Counted from the first letter of the stretch, positions 1 to 11,565 are shown. The stretch is 64,000 nt of DNA from an uncultured Verrucomicrobiota bacterium (GCA_964490935.1 CAZBEO010000006.1:5261-69260); one strand, 5' to 3'. The notes: generated from the letters alone by a model not told the origin. Translations and numbers: made by a program.

Positions 1-793
1 CTGGGATGAACTCATCGACCTGCAGGATGCCCGCAAACGCTCGCCGCAACACGAAAGCCGCTGGCTCAATCTCGCCGGCTTCTGCCTGCGCCCCGGCTAT
101 GGCTTCGCCGTGGACGACTGGCGCATCGCCCGCCTCTGGCCTCTCATACAGCAAAAACACGCCTTCCCGCGCAACGAACAATGCTGCGGAGAATGGTGGA
201 TTCTCTGGCGACGCATCGCCGGCGGTCTCACCGCCAATCAACAGAAGAATCTGGCCGCGCCCCTGATCGCCGGCCTCCGCGCCGCCGCCCGTGGCAGCAA
301 GGGCAAGGCCCTCAAGGCAGGTGCCCATGAATATGCTGAAATCCAGCGCCTACTCGCCTCGCTCGAATGGCTCGACATCGACTCGAAGCGCTTTCTCGGC
401 GAACAGGCGCTCGCTGCCATGGAGCAAAAAGGCGCGGCCGTTTGGAATCGGGCCGCCCTCTGGGCCATCGCCCGCCTCGGTGCCCGTATCCCGCTCTATG
501 GCCCGCTCAACACCCTCGTCCCTCCCGAACTCGCCGAAGACTGGCTGAAACGCCTGATGCACCTAAACGATGAGGACGCGCACCTCGCCTTCGCCGTCAT
601 GCAGCTTGCCCGCCGCACCCACGACCGATTCCGCGATCTGCCCGAACCCCGGCGCGCCGAGGCCGTCGATTGGATGACCCGCCACCGCGCGTCCGCCCAT
701 TACCTGAAGCTCGTCGCCGAGGGCGGCGAAATGGAGTCCGACGAAATCACGGAAGCCTTCGGCGACACCCTTCCTGCGGGGCTCCTGCTGTAA
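1..793 (+). CDS. 3' portion of a conserved protein of unknown function; 5' end lies outside the window (possibly the C-terminal extension of a long Hsp70-family protein)
   Basis: Frame 2 is open from nt 2 (WDELIDLQDARKR...RWLNLAGFCLRPGYGFAVDDWRIARLW...) to stop TAA at 791-793. The listed ORF (110..793) is only its in-frame Met-initiated tail. The motif WLNLAGFCLRPGFG...DDWR is recalled from C-terminal regions of long Hsp70-like proteins in PVC/myxobacteria; this is memory-based and unverified. Confidence 0.4.
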   Translation, partial: WDELIDLQDARKRSPQHESRWLNLAGFCLRPGYGFAVDDWRIARLWPLIQQKHAFPRNEQCCGEWWILWRRIAGGLTANQQKNLAAPLIAGLRAAARGSKGKALKAGAHEYAEIQRLLASLEWLDIDSKRFLGEQALAAMEQKGAAVWNRAALWAIARLGARIPLYGPLNTLVPPELAEDWLKRLMHLNDEDAHLAFAVMQLARRTHDRFRDLPEPRRAEAVDWMTRHRASAHYLKLVAEGGEMESDEITEAFGDTLPAGLLL

Positions 794-2194
<1,401 letters not shown>

Positions 2195-2217
2195 AAAGCT
2201 GTTTAGACCGTTAATTC

Positions 2218-2250
2218 AAGGGGGAGGTCCTTCAGGGCCTCCCCCTCTTT
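2218..2250 (+). terminator. Rho-independent terminator-like hairpin downstream of eno
   Basis: aagGGGGAGGtccttcagggCCTCCCCCtcttt: 8-10 bp GC stem followed by a T-tract, 24 nt after the eno stop. Confidence 0.6.
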
Positions 2251-2274
2251 AGGAAATGAAGCCGGTGAATCATC

Positions 2275-3279
2275 ATGTCTGAAACGGATATACTGCTTTG
2301 TCGCCCGGGATTCGAGAGCGCCCTTTGTGCGGAGCTGCGCGAGTCGGGTGCCGTGCCGGGTACGCCGGGCTTGGGTTATGTGCCGGTGGAACATCCGGCG
2401 GGGCGCGATGGCGTATTCGAGTCGGGCCGATTGGCCAAGGCGAAGGGCATTGCGCCGGATGAGCTCAAACCCATGACGCCCGAAACCGCGCGGCAGGTCT
2501 TTGACGGTATCACGGCGACCAGCAAACCGTGGACGATTCGCGCCTGGACCCCTGAGGTCGTGAAGCACGAGGAACATGCCCGGCGACTGAAGGGCATTAC
2601 CGCCAATCTGCTGCGTCTGCTTGCCAAGGCCGATCCGCTGCGTGCGGCGCTGTACCGCGAACCGGAAAGCGGAAAGGCGGAGGTTGTGCTTCAACTGGCA
2701 CTGACCGGACAGGGGCTTTGGTACGCAGTTTGTCAGGCGGGGCAGGTCCCGCCCGCCTTTCGGATGAAAATGGACTCGCAGGCTCCTTCGCGTTCGTATT
2801 TGAAAATCGAGGAAGCCTTTGTGCGGATGGGAGATTATCCGAAAGCTGGGGATCGAGTGCTTGATTTGGGAGCCGCGCCGGGCGGCTGGACGTATGCCTT
2901 TTTGAAGCGGGGCTGCCGGGTGACGGCGGTGGATCACGGGCAACTCAAGCTGCCGCCGCAGGCGGCGTGGAAGCAAGGCCACGTGACGCATTTGCGCGAA
3001 AACGGCCTGACCTATGCCCCGGAAGGCGGGCGGCTCGACTGGATGGTTTCCGATATGCTGGTTGCGCCGGGCGAAGCGTTGGGGCTGCTACGCCGCTGGC
3101 TCGAAGGCGGGCGGGCGCATCGCGTGGTGTGCAACATGAAGATTCCGCAACGCGAACCCTATGCCGCGATTCGCCCCCTGCTGCAATACTTGAAAAAACA
3201 CACGCACCGCCGCCTGCTGGTGAAACAGCTTTATCATGACCGTCGCGAAATTACTGTGATGGTTTGGGGAAAGGATTAA
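2275..3279 (+). CDS. rlmM: 23S rRNA (cytidine2498-2'-O)-methyltransferase RlmM-like
   Basis: LLCRPGFE N-terminus (THUMP-like), RSYLKIEEAF, LDLGAAPGGWTYAFLKRG SAM motif, WMVSDMLVAPG and KQLYHDRREITVMVW all parallel E. coli RlmM/YgdE. Confidence 0.85.
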   Translation: MSETDILLCRPGFESALCAELRESGAVPGTPGLGYVPVEHPAGRDGVFESGRLAKAKGIAPDELKPMTPETARQVFDGITATSKPWTIRAWTPEVVKHEEHARRLKGITANLLRLLAKADPLRAALYREPESGKAEVVLQLALTGQGLWYAVCQAGQVPPAFRMKMDSQAPSRSYLKIEEAFVRMGDYPKAGDRVLDLGAAPGGWTYAFLKRGCRVTAVDHGQLKLPPQAAWKQGHVTHLRENGLTYAPEGGRLDWMVSDMLVAPGEALGLLRRWLEGGRAHRVVCNMKIPQREPYAAIRPLLQYLKKHTHRRLLVKQLYHDRREITVMVWGKD

Positions 3280-3281
3280 AA

Positions 3282-3653
3282 ATGACGAAACGGAATATCC
3301 CGGATTTGAAAATCGAATTGGAAGAGACGGAATCGACTGTGCTGGTCGCGGTGCGCGGTCCGCTGGAAGTTTCCAATCTACATCAGTTCAAAGAGCGGGT
3401 GGACCCCCTGTTTGAAGAGAGCGAGAGCCGTCATGTGCTGCTGGATTTCGAGCAGGTGGAACGGCTGAGCAGCAAGGCCATTGGGCTGCTTTCAGGCTAT
3501 GCCAAAACGGCGCGACGCAATGGAAAAATGCTGGTCTTCTGTCAGGTGAACGCCCGCATTTATAACGTACTGAATCTGCTCGGCACCATTTCCCTGTTCG
3601 TGATGTATGAATCACGCGAGGCAGCGCTGACGGCCATCAATCGAGGCAACTGA
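3282..3653 (+). CDS. STAS-domain protein (anti-sigma-factor antagonist, SpoIIAA-like)
   Basis: About 120 aa with STAS-like layout (VLVAVRGPLEVSNLHQFKERV...LLDFEQVERLSSKAIGLL...). The ATG at 3282 lies directly after the rlmM stop (3277-3279). The ORF-track start at 3264 would overlap rlmM. Confidence 0.7.
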   Translation: MTKRNIPDLKIELEETESTVLVAVRGPLEVSNLHQFKERVDPLFEESESRHVLLDFEQVERLSSKAIGLLSGYAKTARRNGKMLVFCQVNARIYNVLNLLGTISLFVMYESREAALTAINRGN

Positions 3654-3655
3654 GT

Positions 3656-3672
3656 AATCCGTCGGACGGATT
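3656..3672. terminator. Perfect 8-bp palindrome (aatccgtc g gacggatt) in a convergent intergenic region; likely bidirectional terminator element
   Basis: Read directly. Lies 3 nt after the STAS-gene stop. A second hairpin gcaaac-atcc-gtttgc follows at 3680-3695. Region 3654-3800 separates convergent genes (STAS + / cdsA -). Confidence 0.5.
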
Positions 3673-3725
3673 GCTGGATGCAAACATCCGTTTGCACTGA
3701 TTGGCGGGCACCACGCGACAAAACG

Positions 3726-3759
3726 CCGTGGCGCTCGGAGAGCACCACGCTACCAACAC
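3726..3759. repeat. Intergenic repeat copy A (34 nt ccgtggcgctcggagagcaccacgctaccaacac), identical to 20063-20096
   Basis: Exact 34/34 identity with 20063-20096. Flanks are also similar (caccacgcgacaaaacg vs cgacacgcgccaaataac). Both copies sit in convergent-gene intergenic spacers. Confidence 0.6.
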
Positions 3760-3774
3760 ATGCATTGGCAGTAG

Positions 3775-3797
3775 CCGTCCGCTCGCCGAGCGGACGG
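3775..3797. repeat. Palindromic repeat core ccgtccgctcg-c-cgagcggacgg (11-bp arms)
   Basis: Perfect inverted repeat. Near-identical core recurs at 42811-42831 (cgtccgctcg-g-cgagcggacg); a degenerate copy is at about 54091-54118. Confidence 0.55.
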
Positions 3798-3800
3798 GGA

Positions 3801-4658
3801 TCAGGCGGCAAAAAGGAACCGCACGCAGACGTAGAGAACGGGTGCGGCAAAAAGTAGGCTGTCCAGCACATCGAGAATACCGCCCATGCCTCGAATGACG
3901 CTGCTCGAATCCTTCACCCCCACCGACCGTTTGAAGAGCGATTCCACCAAATCGCCGCACACCCCTGCCGCTGTGATCAGCAAGCCGATGGTGATGGCGT
4001 CAAAAAGAGTGAAATCCACGGTCCCCGCCCGGATGCCTCCGATGAAATAAACCAGCAGACTCACCAGCAGGCCGGCGCCCAGCCCGCCTGCCAACCCCTC
4101 CCAGGTCTTCCCCGGAGAGATGCGCGGAATCATCTTGTGCCGTCCGCATCCACACCCAACAAAGTAGGCCCCCGCATCCGACCACTTCACCACCAGCAGG
4201 AGATAAAGCACCAGAAAGCGCCCGCTGTCGATGCCCCCCGCCATGAGTAATTTGACGATGAAATTCAGGAGAAAAGGCACATAGAAAAATCCCAGCAGCG
4301 TTCCGGCCATGGTCAGAATCAGTTTGTCGCTGTTTTTCCGGTAGAAGCAGCGAATCAGCGTCAGGAACACCAGGGCTAGGATGACCAACAGTTCCCATTC
4401 GGCGGCGGGTAGGCTCCCGGTTCCGGCGTAGGCGTACCAGGTGACAGCCTGGAGCGCGAGGCCAGCCACTACGCCGAGCCCCTTGAATGCCGGAATGCCC
4501 ACAGCAGAAAGAAAACCATAGAATTCAATGAGGGCGACGGCGCTTATGACCGCCACCGTCAAAACCATCGCCCACGAAGGAAACCAGAAGAACGCCGCAA
4601 GCACAAAAGCGACGATGAAGGTCGCGCTGATCAGTCGTTTACCTAGGGAAGGAAGCAT
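3801..4658 (-). CDS. cdsA: Phosphatidate cytidylyltransferase (CDP-diglyceride synthase)
   Basis: Polytopic membrane protein with the C-terminal CdsA signature KRSVGVKDSSSVIRGMGGILDVLDS (compare GHGGILDRLDS) and KTWEG. Confidence 0.9.
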   Translation of the reverse strand: MLPSLGKRLISATFIVAFVLAAFFWFPSWAMVLTVAVISAVALIEFYGFLSAVGIPAFKGLGVVAGLALQAVTWYAYAGTGSLPAAEWELLVILALVFLTLIRCFYRKNSDKLILTMAGTLLGFFYVPFLLNFIVKLLMAGGIDSGRFLVLYLLLVVKWSDAGAYFVGCGCGRHKMIPRISPGKTWEGLAGGLGAGLLVSLLVYFIGGIRAGTVDFTLFDAITIGLLITAAGVCGDLVESLFKRSVGVKDSSSVIRGMGGILDVLDSLLFAAPVLYVCVRFLFAA

Positions 4659-4665
4659 ACAATCC

Positions 4666-5391
4666 TCACTCTATATCACCGAAACGGCGTTTTCTTTTGC
4701 TATAGTTTTCGAGGGCCTTCTGGAAGTGGGGTTCCCGAAAATCCGGCCACAACACATCGTCAAAATACAGCTCGGCGTAGGAGAGCTGCCAGAGCAGAAA
4801 GTTGCTCAGGCGGAGTTCGCCGCTGGTACGGATCATGAGGTCCGGATCGGGGATGTCGGGGAGGTAGAGGTTTTGGGTGATGATTTCCTCGGTGATGGAT
4901 TCGGGGGATAGTTCGCCCTCCTTCACCTGATGAGCTATTTTTTGCATGGCTTCGATCAGTTCGGTGCGACCCCCATAACTCAGGGCGAGGATGAGATGGC
5001 CTGCATCGTAGTGTTTAGTGGTCTCCATGACGCGATTGATCTCGCGCTGAACATCCTCTGGCAGGTCCTGCAGCCGCCCGCTGACGCGCAGGCGCACCTG
5101 ATTCTCGTGCAGTTCGTGTTCGTTGTTCTTCAGAAAGCGCCTCAGAAGCTGCATCAGCGCGACGATTTCCGCCTTGGGGCGCACCCAATTTTCCACGCTG
5201 AAAGCATAGAGCGTGAGATATTTTACGCCGGCGTTTCGGCAGCACCGAATGGCGGTGCGGACGGACTCGGCGCCCGCCTCGTGACCTTTCACGCGGGCAA
5301 AGCCCATTTTTTTCGCCCAGCGTCCATTGCCATCCATGATGATGGCAATGTGCCGTGGCGTCCTTAGCGCTGTTTTTTGCTGCACGTTCAC
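4666..5391 (-). CDS. uppS: Di-trans,poly-cis-undecaprenyl-diphosphate synthase (isoprenyl transferase)
   Basis: PRHIAIIMDGNGRWAKK, YLTLYAFSVENWVRP, ELRLSNFLLWQLSYAELYF are canonical cis-prenyltransferase motifs. Adjacent to cdsA as in many bacteria. Confidence 0.93.
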   Translation of the reverse strand: MNVQQKTALRTPRHIAIIMDGNGRWAKKMGFARVKGHEAGAESVRTAIRCCRNAGVKYLTLYAFSVENWVRPKAEIVALMQLLRRFLKNNEHELHENQVRLRVSGRLQDLPEDVQREINRVMETTKHYDAGHLILALSYGGRTELIEAMQKIAHQVKEGELSPESITEEIITQNLYLPDIPDPDLMIRTSGELRLSNFLLWQLSYAELYFDDVLWPDFREPHFQKALENYSKRKRRFGDIE

Positions 5392-5446
5392 TTCCTCCCG
5401 TCGGCGCGTTGCGGCAGATCGGAAAACAGGTTTTATGATGCCTCAA

Positions 5447-6739
<1,293 letters not shown>

Positions 6740-7045
6740 TTAACTCACTCCGCCCTTCGGACGGAGCTCAACACTGAGCCTTTGTGTTCCCGGCCCGACT
6801 CACTGGAGCCGCGCCTGCAAAAAAATACGCGCAAAGGTAGCCGAGGGTACGGCGACGGTCAACGTCAAACCCGGGGCGACGGCTTGAAAGTGGCGAATAC
6901 ATCCCGCCCGGGATGCCCCGCAGCCCGGATGCGACACTTTCCAACCATTGGAAACTTTTAAAACTTCCAAAAAACTGGTGCTGCTGTATGCTGGCCATCG
7001 CTTGATCGCGATTTTCAACCACACAACAAGAGAGAATCAGGAGCC

Positions 7046-7468
7046 GTGACCATGGAAAAGAGAAAAATTTTTATGACCGCCAACGACCACAAGCGTCTGA
7101 CCGACTTGCTCTCAGTGGACGGTTCATTCAACCATCGCGATCGCAAGGACCTTCAATCCCTTCAAGCTGAGCTGCAAAGTGCCGAGGTCATGGAATCGAC
7201 CGCGATACCCAAAACGGTCGTCACCATGAATTCCAAGCTGCGCTTTATGGATATGGACGATCAATCCGAGACGGAAGTCCGGCTCGTATTTCCTTCGGAT
7301 GCCGATATGGCTGAGGGACTCCTCTCGGTTCTTTCCCCCATCGGCACCGCGCTGCTCGGCTACCATGAAGGCGACCTTATTGAATGGGCGGTGCCCGCAG
7401 GCACCCGTCGCATTCGAATTGAAAAAATCCTTTATCAGCCGGAAGCCGCTGGCGATTTAAACCTCTAA
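7046..7468 (+). CDS. rnk: Regulator of nucleoside diphosphate kinase Rnk (GreA/GreB-family C-terminal domain protein)
   Basis: VVTMNSKLRFMDMDDQSETEVRLVFP...LSPIGTALLGYHEGDLIEWAVPAG...YQPEAAGDLNL aligns closely with E. coli Rnk (VVTMNSRVKF...VGAALLGLRVGDSIHW...YQPEAAGDYLL). Confidence 0.85.
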   Translation: MTMEKRKIFMTANDHKRLTDLLSVDGSFNHRDRKDLQSLQAELQSAEVMESTAIPKTVVTMNSKLRFMDMDDQSETEVRLVFPSDADMAEGLLSVLSPIGTALLGYHEGDLIEWAVPAGTRRIRIEKILYQPEAAGDLNL

Positions 7469-7470
7469 TC

Positions 7471-7866
7471 ATGAAGTCCAGAAAACCGCTAGCCTCCCAA
7501 CTGCCCGGCACCACGGATTCGTGGGCGGAAATGCTGCTGGCGCACCCGATTCGTAATGTCGCGGCGAAGGTCACCGGCGGCGAGAATCCCGGCGAGCTTC
7601 GCATTGCCGTTCCGACCCGTCGGAGGCCTTGGTGGTATCACGTTCCTCCGCTGAACTGGATTATCCGCCCGCCCCCGTATCGAACCCTGATTCTGGACCC
7701 GGTCGGCGCTCCAATTTGGGAATTGTGCGACGGGAAAACGACGGTCGAGGACATCATCCGAAACTTCGCAAAAAGTCAAAGTTTGACGTTTCACGAGGCC
7801 AGGGTATCTGTTACAAGCTACCTTCGCTTGTTGATCGAGCGCGGGGCACTGGCCATCGCCCTGTAA
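7471..7866 (+). CDS. PqqD-family / RRE-like peptide-binding domain protein with a 60-aa N-terminal extension
   Basis: C-terminal 70 aa (RTLILDPVGAPIWELCDGKTTVEDIIRNFAKS...SYLRLLIERGALAI) matches the PqqD/RiPP-recognition-element pattern (IWELxDGxRTVxEI...L...GLI). The start is 2 nt after the rnk stop, suggesting translational coupling. Confidence 0.65.
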   Translation: MKSRKPLASQLPGTTDSWAEMLLAHPIRNVAAKVTGGENPGELRIAVPTRRRPWWYHVPPLNWIIRPPPYRTLILDPVGAPIWELCDGKTTVEDIIRNFAKSQSLTFHEARVSVTSYLRLLIERGALAIAL

Positions 7867-9981
7867 TTGGTGTTGTGGTATCGTTTTTTGAGTCTGGCAT
7901 TGCCGCCGGGCGGGAGGCGTTTTTTTGTGAGCTTGCGAGCAATTCTCATTGGTCTACTGGGTGTGGCATTTGTCTGTGGCTACACGCATTTCAACGATAA
8001 CGTCATGCGACAAACGATGTTTGTCGGCAACAGTATGCCTATTTCCGTGTACGGGCTGCTGGTGATCTTCCTCTTGTTTCTGTTTCCGCTGCTTCGTAAA
8101 ATCAATCGGAAACTGCTGCTCAGCCGCAAGGAAATCGTGGTGGTTCTGGCCATGGTGCTGGCGTCCTGCGCGATTCCCGGAAGCAATCTGCTACGCCTTT
8201 TCACGCCGGCGCTGATCATGCCGAACCGCTATCAGCATACCGAGCCCGGTTGGCAGAACCGCCATGTGATGGACCTCGTACCCGAGGGTATGTTGGTGGA
8301 TGTCACACCCGATGAGGAAACCATTTTGAACGGCTACTGCCGCGGACTGAGCACGGGCACCGACCGCATCGGCGTTGGAGAAGTTCCCTGGCGGGCATGG
8401 GTCAAACCGGTGTTCTATTGGATGCCCATTATCCTTTCGCTCTGGATCGCCCTGATCGGCCTTTCACTCGTGGTGCATCGACAATGGTCCAAGCATGAAC
8501 ACTTACCCTACCCGATTGTCACCTTTACCAAATCCCTGCTCCCTCAGGAAAACGGCGAGCCCAGCCCTGTCTTTAAAAACCGCCTTTTCTGGCTGGGTCT
8601 TATTTCCGTGGTCTGCCTGCATGGTTACAATTATCTGAACGTCTGGTTCCCGGAGTACATGCCGGGCAAAATTCCGCTTGGCGTAGACTACAGTTCCATC
8701 GGCGAGCTCTTCACCACCTTTGAAAAGGGCGGCGGGGCGGGGCTGCTTTCCTGGACAGGCACGATTTTCCTGACGGTGGTGGCCGTGGCCTACTTCCTGC
8801 CTTCGGATGTCTCGTTCTCCCTCGGTATCGGGCCGCTGGTGTGGGTGTATCTGGTGGGCGCCATGTCCACCTACGGGTTGGCCACCACGGGCTGGCAGTC
8901 GTCCTGGCCCTACGGCATCACACGCGACTCGATGGTGGACATCGGTGCCTACACGGGCCTGCTGCTCGTGCTGCTGTACACCGGGCGGCATTACTTTACC
9001 TCGGTTTTCAAATCGGCCGTCGGCCTGCCCTCGCGCGAAAAGCCGGAGAAAACCGCCGTGTGGGGTGCGCGGGTCTTCATGATTTCCATGGTCTTTTTCG
9101 TGGTGTATGCGGTGCTACTGGCGCGTATGGACTGGATGATCGCGCTGATGATGGGCCTGCTGATGGTGGCGTTTTATCTGGTGATGGGCCGCATGATTGC
9201 GGAAACGGGGCTCTTCTTCATAGTCATGGTGGGCACGCCGGCCACGATCGTCTGGGCGCTTTTTGGAAGCAAGGCGCTGGGCCCGCAAACCATGTTCATT
9301 ATGTTTATGCTCTGCCTCATCCTCTTCTATGATGCCCGCGAAGCACTCATGCCCTATATGGTCAATTCACTAAAACTGGTGGATGACTGCAAGGTCCACA
9401 TCGGAAAGGTCGCCGCCCTGGCGGTCGCCGCCGTGGTGCTCGGCCTGGCGGTGGGCATTCCGGCCACGCTGTATTTTCAGTATGACGAGGGCGTCGAGGT
9501 GGGCTCCTGGCGCGCAGAACAGGCCAAGACGCCCTTTAATGAGGTGATCGGCACAATGCAGCGCCTAGAGGCGCAGGGCCAACTCGAGGAAGCGGGCCTC
9601 AAGCATGGGCTGGCCCGTTTCACGGATATGTCGCCGCACAAATTGGGCCTATCCTTCTTCGGTGGGTCGCTGTTGCTGGTACTGGCACTCTCCGCACTGC
9701 GCCTTCGTTTTGTGAAGTGGCCGATTCATCCGGTCATGTTTCTGGTTTGGAACACCTATTCCGGCGAGCGGTTTTACCAATCATTTCTAGTGGGATGGTT
9801 CATCAAGGTCATGGTGACGAAATACGGCGGCGCCAGCATCTATCAGGCGGTGAAACCTCTGATGTTCGGCGTGATTGCCGGCGAGATGCTGGGTGGAGCG
9901 CTGCCCATGATTGTCAGCGTCATTTATTATGCGGCAACGGACGGTTCCATACCGAAATCCTTTGAGGTGATGCCCCGCTAA
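7867..9981 (+). CDS. Polytopic membrane protein (at least 12 predicted TM segments), paralog of 17285-19267; possibly distant OPT (oligopeptide transporter) superfamily
   Basis: Long hydrophobic segments throughout. Contains an LPYP motif (KHEHLPYPIVTF), comparable to the E-K-LPFP motif of its paralog and the [KE]L[PT][FY]P motif recalled from OPT/YSL transporters. The true start is uncertain: the TTG at 7867 abuts the pqqD-like stop, while a GTG at 7927 has a GGGAGG RBS. Confidence 0.55.
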   Translation: MVLWYRFLSLALPPGGRRFFVSLRAILIGLLGVAFVCGYTHFNDNVMRQTMFVGNSMPISVYGLLVIFLLFLFPLLRKINRKLLLSRKEIVVVLAMVLASCAIPGSNLLRLFTPALIMPNRYQHTEPGWQNRHVMDLVPEGMLVDVTPDEETILNGYCRGLSTGTDRIGVGEVPWRAWVKPVFYWMPIILSLWIALIGLSLVVHRQWSKHEHLPYPIVTFTKSLLPQENGEPSPVFKNRLFWLGLISVVCLHGYNYLNVWFPEYMPGKIPLGVDYSSIGELFTTFEKGGGAGLLSWTGTIFLTVVAVAYFLPSDVSFSLGIGPLVWVYLVGAMSTYGLATTGWQSSWPYGITRDSMVDIGAYTGLLLVLLYTGRHYFTSVFKSAVGLPSREKPEKTAVWGARVFMISMVFFVVYAVLLARMDWMIALMMGLLMVAFYLVMGRMIAETGLFFIVMVGTPATIVWALFGSKALGPQTMFIMFMLCLILFYDAREALMPYMVNSLKLVDDCKVHIGKVAALAVAAVVLGLAVGIPATLYFQYDEGVEVGSWRAEQAKTPFNEVIGTMQRLEAQGQLEEAGLKHGLARFTDMSPHKLGLSFFGGSLLLVLALSALRLRFVKWPIHPVMFLVWNTYSGERFYQSFLVGWFIKVMVTKYGGASIYQAVKPLMFGVIAGEMLGGALPMIVSVIYYAATDGSIPKSFEVMPR

Positions 9982-9994
9982 TCAAAAAAAACGG

Positions 9995-11524
9995 GTGCAC
10001 GGGGCCGAAGAACAGACAGGTGCAACAACGGGAACGGATGATGAGACGGCTATGAAAGAAATTGATGTACGCGAACAACCTCTGCTCAGCTTCGCCAAGA
10101 CGACGCGCATCGCCCTGGCCGGCGTGAAATACCGCCTCTTCCGCTCCATTGTGACGGTGGCGGTCATTGCTGTGGCCATGGCCTTTCTAATGAATATCCT
10201 CAGCGAAAGTCTGATCAAAAAGGCGGTATCCCTTTCCGCCCGCGAAGGCATCGAGGAAATCCGCCGAACCGATAAATGGGTCGCCAAACTCTCGGTGCCC
10301 CAATCCTACGCCGAACTGATTACCGTGCTTGCCGCTCCCGACGGCTTCTCCAAAGACCGCAACATGCTTGAGCTCGATGAACTTGACCCGGATCAGCAGG
10401 CACGCATCCAACGTCTCGCCGGACAGGCCGCCGTCTATCTCACCTTCTTCGACGAACTGAACTACGGGCGCCGGCGCGTACTCGTCGGCAGCGCCGCGTC
10501 CACCCGTATTCTTGATCTGTTGCAGGATGATGCCCGCCGCGAACGCCTGGCCGAAGCGTTGACCAATATGCGCTCCGTACGCTTTCCCGGCGATCCCGAA
10601 GCCTTTTCCGCCTTTCTCGGGGAGTGGCCCACCCTGCGGGACTATCTCGGCAACGTCCGTGAAAATCAGCGGGCCGCCATTCAATCCGTGCAGGACGCCC
10701 TCAATCAACGCACCATGCTCACCGCTATGCAGCAGGCTGACGGTCCCTTCGGCGAAAGGATTCGCAGCGTCGGGTTCGATCTTCCCGAGGAGGAAGCGGT
10801 CTCGCTCACGGCCCAAGCCATGGCCGTGGCCGACAACAATCTCATTGCGGAAACCATCAACCGCCCCGAACTGCGGCAGGCCGTGGCCGCCCGCTACGAC
10901 GTACTCCCCGGCGATGTCTCGCTCGACCAGATTTGGTCCATGCTCGCAAAGCCGGTCGGGGCCTCCTGGTATCTCGAGCGCATGCGCGAAGGGTCTCTTG
11001 ATCTTCCGGAGCGCCTCACCTCCGAACGCCTGACGGACCTTTCCAGCGCACGGGCCGAATCCAGACTCTACCTCAAGGCCGAACGCCTCACCACCGAAGC
11101 GGGCGGCGGCTTCATGGGTATCGGCGAGCGCATGACATGGCTGGCCTTCGTCTCCATGCTGGTCTGCGTGGTGGGCATTGCCAACGCCATGCTCATGAGC
11201 GTCACCGAACGGTTCCGTGAAATCGCCACGCTCAAATGTCTCGGCGCGCTGGATGGATTCATCATGACTGTTTTTCTGATTGAAGCGTCCGTACTCGGAC
11301 TGGTCGGCGGCGTGGTGGGTACTTTGCTGGGCCTTGCCCTGTGTTTGACCCGCATGTTTTCCATTTTCCATTCCCTAGTTTCTCGCTCGTTCCCGCTGAA
11401 CGAAATCGTTCTGGCGGCCGTGCTCTCCATTGCGGCGGGCGTGATTCTGGCCGCCGTGGCCGCCGTCTATCCCTCGTTCCGCGCGGCGCGCCTGGCACCC
11501 ATGGAGGCGATGCGCATTGAATAA
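9995..11524 (+). CDS. ABC transporter permease, MacB/FtsX family (single FtsX domain: N-terminal TM, about 280-aa periplasmic domain, 3 C-terminal TMs)
   Basis: N-terminal TM RSIVTVAVIAVAMAFLMNIL. C-terminal FtsX signature (LMSVTERFREIATLKCLGA...VLGLVGGVVGTLLGL...AAVYPSFRAARLAPMEAMR). The start may be GTG at 9995 or ATG at 10052. Confidence 0.75.
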   Translation: MHGAEEQTGATTGTDDETAMKEIDVREQPLLSFAKTTRIALAGVKYRLFRSIVTVAVIAVAMAFLMNILSESLIKKAVSLSAREGIEEIRRTDKWVAKLSVPQSYAELITVLAAPDGFSKDRNMLELDELDPDQQARIQRLAGQAAVYLTFFDELNYGRRRVLVGSAASTRILDLLQDDARRERLAEALTNMRSVRFPGDPEAFSAFLGEWPTLRDYLGNVRENQRAAIQSVQDALNQRTMLTAMQQADGPFGERIRSVGFDLPEEEAVSLTAQAMAVADNNLIAETINRPELRQAVAARYDVLPGDVSLDQIWSMLAKPVGASWYLERMREGSLDLPERLTSERLTDLSSARAESRLYLKAERLTTEAGGGFMGIGERMTWLAFVSMLVCVVGIANAMLMSVTERFREIATLKCLGALDGFIMTVFLIEASVLGLVGGVVGTLLGLALCLTRMFSIFHSLVSRSFPLNEIVLAAVLSIAAGVILAAVAAVYPSFRAARLAPMEAMRIE

Positions 11525-11565
11525 CCCCGGCGGGCAGGACCCCGCCTCAAACCGGACCACGCACT

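Noticed and set aside
2203-2991. 262-aa minus-strand ORF antisense to rlmM. Similar long antisense ORFs include 10187-11371, 13449-14405, 15993-16616, 18110-19159, 19264-20130, 36600-37634, 38304-39194, 39321-40607, 47794-49665, 50116-51996, 52708-53946 and 60779-63403.
   Set aside because: All lie entirely inside well-supported genes on the opposite strand. They have Arg/Gly/Ala/His-rich low-complexity translations with no recognisable motifs, and are the expected stop-codon-poor frames of GC-rich DNA.
3700-3800. Possible CRISPR array or tRNA in the repeat-containing spacers (also 20017-20187, 42777-42929).
   Set aside because: Repeats are single copies per spacer, not regularly spaced arrays. 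No cloverleaf-compatible structure or GTTC/TPsiC-like box was found. Treated as REP-like elements instead.
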